Assembly: GCA_963663225.1 (NCBI GenBank)
Contig: OY760142.1
Coordinates: 896,001 to 960,000, forward strand
Origin: Nitrospirota bacterium
GTDB taxonomy: Bacteria; Nitrospirota; UBA9217
Reading direction: 5' to 3'
DNA: 64,000 bases
Notes under the pieces: generated by a model
The model's input: the letters and a program-made list of their open reading frames with translations, nothing else
Databases searched by the model: none
What the model was told of the DNA's origin: nothing
Program-made: the position numbers and the translations under genes
Shown here: positions 29,642-39,851 of the stretch, piece after piece
Layout: the number at the start of each line of letters is the position of its first letter
Position numbering within the stretch: the first letter of the stretch is position 1

Positions 29642-30706
29642 ATGCCACACGTCCTGATCCATCCGGCAACCTATGAAGATGTCACCACGGCTGTTGATCG
29701 TGTTTTTGAACTCTTCCCGCAGGATCTGCGCGGCAAAAAAATCCTGGTAAAACCGAACGTGCTTCGGATTTCAGAAGCCAAGGAAGGCATTGTAACGAAC
29801 CCGGCAGTTCTTCGGGCTGTCGTTGAAAAAGTTGAACAGGCGAGGCCAGCATCCATCATTGTGGGAGACAATCCCGGCATTTTCAGTTACGGCGCAAACG
29901 AGGAAAGCTTTGCCAAAACAGGACTCATGGAAGCTGCCAAGGGATATTATAAAAACATCGGTAACGACTCCCGCAAAATTCCGTTCAATTCTGAATTTAT
30001 GCCTTTCATCAGCATTTCACGGGCTGTCCTGGATGCGGATATCATCATCAGTCTGCCGAAGTTCAAAACGCATGGATTGACCGTCATAACCGGGGCGATA
30101 AAAAACAGTTACGGCTTTTTGCCCGGGGCGCAGAAAGCACAGCTGCACAAGGCGGCCGGAAGTCCCGGGCGCTTCCACGACCTGATTGTCGACGTATTCC
30201 GGCTCCGGGTGCCCGATCTTTTCATCATGGACGCTGTGGTTGGAATGGAGGGAAACGGGCCAGCCTCTCCTGATCTCAGAAGGATCGGCCTGCTTCTCGC
30301 CTCGGACAACGCCGTTGCCATGGATGCGGTCATGGCGACGATGATGGGATGCGCACCGGGACGGCTGCGGTTCCTGCAAAAGGCAAAAACCGCGGGTCTG
30401 GGCGACTATGACCTCGCGGCAATCGATGTTGTCGGGGAGTTAAAGCAGCTGCCGGATTTCAAGCTGCCTTCGCTGGGTGGTGAAGCCATGGAGCAGAACG
30501 TACCGCTTCAGACCATGCTGCATAAACGGACCCTCATGCGGCCGCGTGTAAATCCGGAGTGGTGCACCGGTTGCGGAACGTGCATTGATCAGTGCCCGGC
30601 GTCGGCATTGACTTTGTGCGACGGGCTTCCGCGCGTGGATGAAAAATGTATTGTCTGTTTTTGCTGCCAGGAAATCTGTCCTGAAAAAGCCATTACATTG
30701 CAGTAA
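29642..30706 (+). CDS. DUF362-domain protein with C-terminal 2x[4Fe-4S] ferredoxin
   Basis: LVKPN, LPKFKTH..TGAIKN, MEGNGP; CTGCGTC..CP and CIVCFCC..CP. TTGACA-17-TATAGT promoter upstream. Confidence 0.9.
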   Translation: MPHVLIHPATYEDVTTAVDRVFELFPQDLRGKKILVKPNVLRISEAKEGIVTNPAVLRAVVEKVEQARPASIIVGDNPGIFSYGANEESFAKTGLMEAAKGYYKNIGNDSRKIPFNSEFMPFISISRAVLDADIIISLPKFKTHGLTVITGAIKNSYGFLPGAQKAQLHKAAGSPGRFHDLIVDVFRLRVPDLFIMDAVVGMEGNGPASPDLRRIGLLLASDNAVAMDAVMATMMGCAPGRLRFLQKAKTAGLGDYDLAAIDVVGELKQLPDFKLPSLGGEAMEQNVPLQTMLHKRTLMRPRVNPEWCTGCGTCIDQCPASALTLCDGLPRVDEKCIVCFCCQEICPEKAITLQ

Positions 30707-30743
30707 CGTGTGCGCAGGAAAAGCATCGGATGAAGACCGTTTT

Positions 30744-31703
30744 TCACTTCTCTTTTTCGGCAAGGAACCTATCGAGAACCTTCGGTACAAGTTCCAACGC
30801 GGCTGCACGCGCTTCGCGATTCGTGCCGATCGTTGCCGTCCCGTCGTTTCTGACCGTGAAGGCAAGACCATTCCTCTTTTTCAATGGAAGATTTGGATGG
30901 TCGAAGTCATGATATGCTTTCGGAAAAACCACTATCTCGGCATTGATGCCCGCCCGCTGTGCGCGTGCAGTTATGGCACAGCATGGCGCCGCAGGCGTCC
31001 AGTCATCCGCATCTCCGATCAGGATTGTAAGAGGGATCCGGGGAAGCCAGTTCATGTTTTTGGAAAAACTGGTACAGCCTGGATAAAATGCTATGGCGGT
31101 CCGGAAATCTTCCGAGGCGTCCTTTTTCAGAGATGCGTCAACGGCAGACAGCAGGGTCACGCCGCCGTTTGACCAGCCCATGAGGGCAACGCGGTCACGA
31201 ACCACAAAAGGCTGCGATTGGAGCCAGCGCAGTGCGCTGTATGTGTCGTCGACCCGTTCTTTATGCGGTGAGAATCCACTCCGGTTCTTTCTGGTGCATG
31301 CTTCCGGAATGCCTCGGGGATTAAAGCTGTCCGGAAAAAGAACTAGATAACCCAAGCCGGACAGGCGTTTTCCCCAGTCGAGAAACCGCGCATTCAGCTT
31401 CCCCTGCTTTGTGAGAAGTCCGGAGCACCCGTGCAAGGCCACAATGGCCGGAAAAGGTCCCTTTCCTGCAGGCCGGAACACATAACCGTCAAGCAAGAGT
31501 GCTTTTCCCGGCCCCGAACCGTCAATTGAGGAAAAGAAAACCTTTTGCGGCGGCACTGTAACTGACGGGATCTGCTGTGCGTCCGGCGCTCCCGAATCTG
31601 CAGCGCGGACATCAACGGTCGCAGCAAGCGACAGCGACAAATAGAAAATAAAAAAAACAACCGGAAAGAAAACTGTTTTTAATAAAATAAACGAACGACG
31701 CAT
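30744..31703 (-). CDS. Exported dienelactone hydrolase-family alpha/beta hydrolase
   Basis: Signal peptide from ATG 31703; LHGCSG, GWSNGG nucleophile elbow, FYPGC, GDADDW, AYHDFD. Confidence 0.88.
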   Translation of the reverse strand: MRRSFILLKTVFFPVVFFIFYLSLSLAATVDVRAADSGAPDAQQIPSVTVPPQKVFFSSIDGSGPGKALLLDGYVFRPAGKGPFPAIVALHGCSGLLTKQGKLNARFLDWGKRLSGLGYLVLFPDSFNPRGIPEACTRKNRSGFSPHKERVDDTYSALRWLQSQPFVVRDRVALMGWSNGGVTLLSAVDASLKKDASEDFRTAIAFYPGCTSFSKNMNWLPRIPLTILIGDADDWTPAAPCCAITARAQRAGINAEIVVFPKAYHDFDHPNLPLKKRNGLAFTVRNDGTATIGTNREARAAALELVPKVLDRFLAEKEK

Positions 31704-31764
31704 AATGGTAGTTTCAGCATTACATGTGCGAGCAGAAAATCGTCTCATCGGGGCACGGTTTTCC

Positions 31765-31800
31765 AAAATAAAAGCGGCGGCAATCATCTTGCCGCCGCTT
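31765..31800 (-). terminator. Terminator after rubredoxin
   Basis: Minus strand AAGCGGCGGCAA-gatga-TTGCCGCCGCTT-TTATTTT. Confidence 0.85.
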
Positions 31801-31819
31801 CTGCATAAGTACAAAATAA

Positions 31820-31951
31820 TTACACTTTTTCAAAAGCGTCTTTCGGGGCATTGCACACCGGGCAAGACCAGTCATCGGGCAAATCCTTGAACTTTGTTCC
31901 TTCCTTGGACTCATCATACACATACCCGCATATCGAGCATTTCCACATCAT
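31820..31951 (-). CDS. Rubredoxin (43 aa; absent from the supplied ORF track)
   Basis: Manual translation [43 protein letters not shown]; two CxxC motifs; GGGAGG RBS. Confidence 0.95.
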   Translation of the reverse strand: MMWKCSICGYVYDESKEGTKFKDLPDDWSCPVCNAPKDAFEKV

Positions 31952-32013
31952 AGCCTCCCTGTTTTTTTAATAACGTTGAAATTTCAAAAAGCGTTTATGA
32001 AAAGGTTCCGGGC

Positions 32014-33261
32014 TCAGGACCTTTTGCAGGCGTCGGATGAGCCTCCGTTGAATTTCTTATGATACTCGCGTGTTTTTTCTCCAAAAAGCTTCCCGAATTC
32101 GAAGCATTTTTTTACGTCCTCAGGACTCACCCGATAGTTGGATTCGACGCCCGGCTCCACGGCTTCAAGGCCCATTTGTTTGAAAGCTGCGTATGCTTCC
32201 TTTACCGCGCCTCCTCCCCAGCCAAAGCTGCCGAAGGCGCCTACCAGCCTGTTTTTGGGGCGCAGCCCTCTCAGGTGCTGCAGAAATTCAGTGACGGACG
32301 GAAACATGATGTTGTTCAGGGTCGGCGTCCCCACCAGCATAGCGCGGGACTCCCAGAACCGTTTGATTGCTATGCTCATGGGTGTTGCACGGAGTTTTAT
32401 GACCTCTACATCAACACCGGCGGCCTTGACGCCCTCCATAAGAGGAATGGTCATGTGTTCGGTGTTGTGCCACATGGTGTCGTAAATGATCACGACCCGC
32501 AGATCGGTCTTGTCGTTTGCCATGTCGAGATACATCTGAATGATTTTTCCCGGGTCCTTTCTCCAGATGATCCCGTGGTCCGGGGCGATCATGTCGATGT
32601 CGAGGCCGAGTTTCTGCACCTCTGCGATCTTGCCTTTGATAAGCGCTCCGAACGGCATGAGGATATTCGCATAGTAGTCCCGAACCGCGTGCTCCAGACC
32701 GGCGATCGAATATTCATTGCAGTATTCATCGTCAAACCGGGCCGACGACGCCAGATGCTGCCCGAAAGCGTCCTGGCTTATCAGAAGCTTGTCGGCCTTA
32801 ATATAGCTCATCATCGAGTCCGGCCAGTGAAGCATCGGCGATTCGAGAAACGTGATGACTTTTGTCCCGGTATCGAGCGTGTCTCCGCTCTTGACGATTC
32901 TGAATTTCCATTTGGCGGTGTTGAAAAAGCGATCCAGGCCTTTTTTGCCTCGTTCGGTAATGTGAATCAGCGCGTTCGGCGCAAGTTCCATGATCCGGTC
33001 AAGGCTTGATACGTGGTCGTTTTCAATATGGTTGATCACCACGTTTTCTATTTTTGCGGGATCCACAAGACTTTTTATGTGCTCAATGGTATAGTCAACA
33101 AAGTCGTATTTCACCGTATCGACAAGCGTGACATGTTTGTCGAGAATCAAATAGTTGTTATAGGATGTTCCATGCGGCGTGATATACCCGTGAAAGTCCC
33201 GTACTGCCCAGTCAATAGCTCCAACCCAATGGATGCCGGGTTTAATTTCCGTTGTTCCCAT
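32014..33261 (-). CDS. fprA: Flavodiiron protein (FprA / rubredoxin:O2/NO oxidoreductase)
   Basis: GTSYNNYLI, HIENDH, LHWPDSM, SQDAFGQH, APDHG, flavodoxin domain with FGSFGWGGGA. TTGACA-17-TATAGT promoter upstream. Confidence 0.93.
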   Translation of the reverse strand: MGTTEIKPGIHWVGAIDWAVRDFHGYITPHGTSYNNYLILDKHVTLVDTVKYDFVDYTIEHIKSLVDPAKIENVVINHIENDHVSSLDRIMELAPNALIHITERGKKGLDRFFNTAKWKFRIVKSGDTLDTGTKVITFLESPMLHWPDSMMSYIKADKLLISQDAFGQHLASSARFDDEYCNEYSIAGLEHAVRDYYANILMPFGALIKGKIAEVQKLGLDIDMIAPDHGIIWRKDPGKIIQMYLDMANDKTDLRVVIIYDTMWHNTEHMTIPLMEGVKAAGVDVEVIKLRATPMSIAIKRFWESRAMLVGTPTLNNIMFPSVTEFLQHLRGLRPKNRLVGAFGSFGWGGGAVKEAYAAFKQMGLEAVEPGVESNYRVSPEDVKKCFEFGKLFGEKTREYHKKFNGGSSDACKRS

Positions 33262-33601
33262 AATAGCCTCTCTTTCTCCTTTTGCTTTGTGGTGCTTGTG
33301 CGGCGGGAAGCCCTGCTGCGGGCTTTCGTACAACGAGAATAACTATAGTTTACAGGTATGCATCTGTCAAGCTCTTTGGAACTTTTTTCCTGCAAAAAAA
33401 CCGGGATCAGCTTTCTCTTTTAAAACAACATGTTGTCCATGAATAAAAAAGGCCATCAGGGTATGCCCAAATGGCCTTGCTTTTTATAACTGATATGGAG
33501 ACCAGGCTTAAAATACCGCAAAAAGACTGATGATAAATTCGCTTGGCCTTACTTCTTTGTCGCCGGCTCCGATGCGACGTATTCTTTCCGAGTCAAGGCA
33601 G

Positions 33602-34390
33602 TCAGCAGCCCGTCGCTTTTGCATCGATATGCTCACGCACGGCCTGAAGCATCAGTGAGATTTCTTCGTCCTTCGGCAGCGTCGCGGCCAGTCTGGAGAT
33701 CAAATCCCGATCACGAACCAGCCGGCCGGATATAGCAAAGTTGAGATCATAAACCCAGGAAAGAAGCATTAATTTAAAATCATTTTGATTTTTGAGCGTC
33801 GATTTCAGCGCCATGCTGCCGTTCCGCAGGCTGGACAGTACTTCCGGAGAACAGCCCGGAGCGTCCGGCAGGCCAAGCACTACCGCTTTCGCACGAGTGT
33901 CCTTGTCCTGGTCAAAGTACTCAATAAACACCCGCAGGATGTCCAGTTTGTCCGCGTCGCGGATCAACCTGGCAAACAGCAGGGTCTCTTCATCAAGGTC
34001 GTCAGGAAGTGAAAACGCGTTGTGCAAAGCCACGGAGCGAATCAGAATATCGCGGTCGCGTTTCGGCATATCGCGAAGCACCCTGTTGTCCTGAAGCACC
34101 TTCACGCCGAGGGCCGCATGATTCACGGAGATGCTGTCATCAAAGGTTTTGAACCGGCTGTACTGCGGAAACCGTCCGACATCATGAAACAGCGATACGG
34201 CTTCCGCAAGCAGGGTCGATGGTTCATTCAGACCCAGTCCCTGCGCAATGAGCACCCCGTTGCGGCATACCTCCCGGGTATGTGTTTTTTTAAGGTTGAT
34301 ATTGCTCTGGTCTTCTGCAGGAAGTGCTGCAAAGGAGTCGCAGTAGCCGGAAAACCAGTTTTGCAGGGATTGCAAATCGTCAGAATTCAT
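33602..34390 (-). CDS. HD-domain phosphohydrolase
   Basis: KKTHT, LFHDVGRF, NHA, LHN, IRDADKLDI. Confidence 0.9.
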   Translation of the reverse strand: MNSDDLQSLQNWFSGYCDSFAALPAEDQSNINLKKTHTREVCRNGVLIAQGLGLNEPSTLLAEAVSLFHDVGRFPQYSRFKTFDDSISVNHAALGVKVLQDNRVLRDMPKRDRDILIRSVALHNAFSLPDDLDEETLLFARLIRDADKLDILRVFIEYFDQDKDTRAKAVVLGLPDAPGCSPEVLSSLRNGSMALKSTLKNQNDFKLMLLSWVYDLNFAISGRLVRDRDLISRLAATLPKDEEISLMLQAVREHIDAKATGC

Positions 34391-34506
34391 ACGTTGTTCT
34401 GCTTCAGAGGAAATATCGTGAGGAATATTTTACCGCAAAACAGCTGCTGCTCCAAGGAAAAACTCACCTCTTCTGGATGTCGTCAGAAGCAGCAACAGAT
34501 GCCGGC

Positions 34507-36432
<1,926 letters not shown>

Positions 36433-36584
36433 GTCCCCGCCTTTCGCGGAACATTCCGCAGCTGATTACAGTATAACATACCCGTACTATGAACACACCG
36501 TGCTGAAACATCTGCGAACAGGCAAAGGCAATCCGTTCTCCGGGAAGAGAAAAGACAAGAGTCTTGCAACAAGGGAAGGAAAAA

Positions 36585-37397
36585 TCAAGCGCGGTACGTT
36601 TTCCGTCGAATGGCGATAAAGAGAACACCCGCAAGGGCTGTGAGAACACTCAGGATCTGGCCCATAGTAAAGGGACCGGCAATAAATCCGAGCTGAGGGT
36701 CAGGCTCTCTGAAAAATTCGACGCAGAACCGGAACACTCCATAAAAAACGAGAAACAAACCGCTCAGAACGCCCGGGGTCGGTTTTCTGTCCTTAAGGAT
36801 CCAGAGAATGAGAAAGAGCAGCACTCCCTCAAGCATGAATTCGTACAGCTGCGACGGATGCCGGGGAAGAGGACCTCCGTCGGGGAATATCATGCTCCAG
36901 GGCACATCAGTCACCCTGCCAAACAATTCTCCATTGATAAAGTTGCCGATTCTGCCGAGCCCAAGCCCGATCGGCGCGGTGACAATCACAAGATCGGCAA
37001 TCCTCCAAAAATCCATCCGGTATTTCAGACAGCACAGATAGCCCGCGACAAGACAACCGATCATCCCGCCGTGAAACGACATCCCGCCGTGCCAGACCGC
37101 GAAAATTTCGAGCGGATTCCGCACATAGGTCGGCAGATCATAAAACAGCACATACCCCAACCGCGCGCCCACAACCAGGCCGAGGATGAGGCAGGTATAA
37201 AGCGAATCAAGAAAAATTTGAGAAGGTATTGTTTCAGCCAGCTGCTTTGTTTTTCTTTTCAGACCCTGGTTTTTAATTTGGTATTTAACAAGAAAATACG
37301 AGGCTGCAAAGCCAAGCGCGTACATCAGTCCATACCAGCGGACGGCAACGGGACCGATGCGTATGATGTCGGGATCTATGTTTGGATAGGCAATCAC
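36585..37397 (-). CDS. lgt: Prolipoprotein diacylglyceryl transferase (canonical type)
   Basis: RWYGLMY, GARLGY, GGMSFHGG, GRIGNFINGELFGR, RHPSQLYE, EFFREPD; own TTGCTC-17-TATAAT promoter (37481-37453). Confidence 0.95.
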   Translation of the reverse strand: MIAYPNIDPDIIRIGPVAVRWYGLMYALGFAASYFLVKYQIKNQGLKRKTKQLAETIPSQIFLDSLYTCLILGLVVGARLGYVLFYDLPTYVRNPLEIFAVWHGGMSFHGGMIGCLVAGYLCCLKYRMDFWRIADLVIVTAPIGLGLGRIGNFINGELFGRVTDVPWSMIFPDGGPLPRHPSQLYEFMLEGVLLFLILWILKDRKPTPGVLSGLFLVFYGVFRFCVEFFREPDPQLGFIAGPFTMGQILSVLTALAGVLFIAIRRKTYRA

Positions 37398-37507
37398 TGT
37401 CTGTTGTTCCTCTCAGATTCCGGTCAGTACCGCTAGTGCTATCAGTGTATTTATTATACAACTGCATATGCTCACGAGCAAGACGGGAAATCCCGCGGAA
37501 AAACGAA

Positions 37508-38452
37508 CTACTCCGCTCTCAGTTTCTCGAGAATCCCCGCCATGTCTTTAGGCAGCGGCACGCTGAATGTCATGGGGTGTCCGGTGTCCGGATGCAGAAG
37601 GGAAAGAGACTCGGCATGCAGCATTTGGCGGGCAATGGCTTCGCCGCCGAACTTTGCCGCCTTTGGCCCTCCATAGACCCTGTCGCCGAGAACGGGAAAA
37701 CCGATATGGGCCATATGCACGCGTATCTGGTGCGTGCGTCCGGTCTTGATCTCAACCTCGACCAAGGTGGCGCTTCGGAAACGTTCCTTCACTTTATAAA
37801 GAGAGACCGCCTCGCGTGCCTTGTGGGTATGGACGCTGATCTTTTTGCGCTCTTTTACGTGCCTGCCGATTCCCGCCTCGATGGTCCCGGAACCTTTTTT
37901 AATAACACCGGCAACAAGCGCGCAATACCGTTTTCGCACAACACGGTTTTTAAACTGCATCGACAGGGAGCGCAGCGCCTCCTGCGTTCTTGCCACCACC
38001 ATGACGCCGGATGTGTCCTTGTCGAGACGGTGCACAATCCCTGCGCGTTCGCGCTCGATGCCCTGTGTTCCGCTTCCGAGGGACGGCAGGCTCCCGTAAT
38101 GGTATAACAGCGCGTTCACGAGTGTTCCTGTGTAGTTTCCCGGAGCGGGATGCACAACGATCCCCGGCGGTTTGTTCAATACGAGCATGTGGGAATCTTC
38201 ATAAATGACGTCCAAAGGAATCGGCTCGGGGAGCACCTCATGAACGGTCCGTTCAGGCAGGTCAAGCGCGACGGACTCGCCGAGCTTTACTTTATAGCCC
38301 GGTTTTTCAATGATCCCGTTCACACGCGCGCGGCCGTCTTTAATCATGCTCTGGATGCGGCTGCGGGAGATATGCGGCTCGTAGTGCGCGATAAAAATAT
38401 CGAGCCGTTTGCCGACATGCTTGTCGGTGACAGTGAGGGTCGTTTGGGGCAT
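37508..38452 (-). CDS. rluD: RluA/RluD-family 23S rRNA pseudouridine synthase
   Basis: S4 domain, NKPPGIVVHP, HRLDKDTSG, GRTHQIRVH, GDRVYG. Confidence 0.92.
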   Translation of the reverse strand: MPQTTLTVTDKHVGKRLDIFIAHYEPHISRSRIQSMIKDGRARVNGIIEKPGYKVKLGESVALDLPERTVHEVLPEPIPLDVIYEDSHMLVLNKPPGIVVHPAPGNYTGTLVNALLYHYGSLPSLGSGTQGIERERAGIVHRLDKDTSGVMVVARTQEALRSLSMQFKNRVVRKRYCALVAGVIKKGSGTIEAGIGRHVKERKKISVHTHKAREAVSLYKVKERFRSATLVEVEIKTGRTHQIRVHMAHIGFPVLGDRVYGGPKAAKFGGEAIARQMLHAESLSLLHPDTGHPMTFSVPLPKDMAGILEKLRAE

Positions 38453-38473
38453 GACAATGGCCGAGGCCGCTGC

Positions 38474-39274
38474 TCAGGGCGCTGCTTTTTTTCTGCCCAG
38501 TCTCCACAGCAGAAATGCGGCGCATCCGAACAGGCATATCGCGATGATTTGCGATGTGGACACAATTCCGCCGAAATACACACCGCGAATGTCATCTCCG
38601 CGGTAGAATTCAAGAATGAACCTGAGCACTGCATAAAAAAGTATATACAGCCAAAACAGCTGACCGTCGAATTTCTTGCACCGTCGCAGGAGCAGAAGCG
38701 CGGCAAAGATCAAAAATTCGCCGCCGGCCTCCATAAGCTGCGTGGGATAAAGCGCCACGCCGAGCGGCGCAAGGGAATGAGGGTCGGTGAATGTTATGCA
38801 AGAAGGACCGTCGCATGGCGCGCCGAAGCAGCAACCGGCAAAGAAGCACCCAAGCCTGCCAAAGGCATGGCCGAGTGCGGCATAGGGCGCTATGATGTCC
38901 GCCGTCTTCCAGACGGGGAGCCGGTGATTGCGCACATACCAGATCCCGACCGGCACGGCCGCGAGCACGCCTCCGTAGAACACCAGTCCGCCTTTCCAGA
39001 TTGCAAAGACCTCCCACGGGTTGGCTGCGTAGTCCGGCAGCGTGGTCAGCACGTGAAGCAGACGGGAGCCGATGATGGCCGCCAGCAGAAGGTAGATTCC
39101 CAAATCCATGATGCGGTCGGGATTGATGCCTTCTTTTTTCGCCTGACGCGAAGCGAGGTAAATGCCGAGCAGGAATCCAACGCCGATCATCAGGCCGTAC
39201 AACCGGATCGGGAAGGGTCCGATCATCCAACTGCCGAGTTGAACACCCGGAATTTCAAAAAGGATGGGATGCAT
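38474..39274 (-). CDS. lgt: Second prolipoprotein diacylglyceryl transferase (Cys-rich variant)
   Basis: MHPILF, GSRLLH, GGLVFYGG, GRLGCFFAGCCFG, YPTQLME, EFYRGD. Confidence 0.88.
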   Translation of the reverse strand: MHPILFEIPGVQLGSWMIGPFPIRLYGLMIGVGFLLGIYLASRQAKKEGINPDRIMDLGIYLLLAAIIGSRLLHVLTTLPDYAANPWEVFAIWKGGLVFYGGVLAAVPVGIWYVRNHRLPVWKTADIIAPYAALGHAFGRLGCFFAGCCFGAPCDGPSCITFTDPHSLAPLGVALYPTQLMEAGGEFLIFAALLLLRRCKKFDGQLFWLYILFYAVLRFILEFYRGDDIRGVYFGGIVSTSQIIAICLFGCAAFLLWRLGRKKAAP

Positions 39275-39340
39275 AGGTCGGGTCACCGAAACGGAAGCTC
39301 TCCATACTGCGGCAGAGCCGTTTCTGAACAGTATCTTTCT

Positions 39341-39826
39341 TCAGGCTTTTTTCGGAGTGTCTTTTCTGAACAGCATATCGACGGCCAGCAGCACCACGGC
39401 GATCGTAATGGCTGAATCAGCGATGTTAAACGAAGGCCAGTAGTACGACTGATAGTACCACTGAATAAAATCCACGACCTCACCATAGCGAATACGGTCG
39501 ATCAAGTTGCCCAACGCCCCTCCCATGACAAGAGAGAAGGTGAGTATAAGCAACCGTTCATGTGTTTTTTTGATAAGCACGATGATTACCACGACGGCAA
39601 TGATGGTGACCGTCGTAAAAAAAATCGTCCGGAATGTCGCAGGGGCCGTGGCAAGAATGCTGAACGCCGCTCCCGGGTTCCGTACATGAGTAAGGTTGAA
39701 ACATCCCGGAACGACCGTGATGACCTCGTGGAGTCGGAGGCTTTTTTCAACAAGATATTTCGTGTATTGGTCGAGAAGCAGGACGACCGCGACGATCGCG
39801 CCTGTCCAGAAGTATTTATTCTTCAT
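39341..39826 (-). CDS. lspA: Lipoprotein signal peptidase II
   Basis: LDQYTK, NPGAAFS, GALGNLIDR, VVDFI, FNIADSAI. Confidence 0.96.
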   Translation of the reverse strand: MKNKYFWTGAIVAVVLLLDQYTKYLVEKSLRLHEVITVVPGCFNLTHVRNPGAAFSILATAPATFRTIFFTTVTIIAVVVIIVLIKKTHERLLILTFSLVMGGALGNLIDRIRYGEVVDFIQWYYQSYYWPSFNIADSAITIAVVLLAVDMLFRKDTPKKA

Positions 39827-39851
39827 AATGCTCCGCTTTTGCGCTCCGCGT

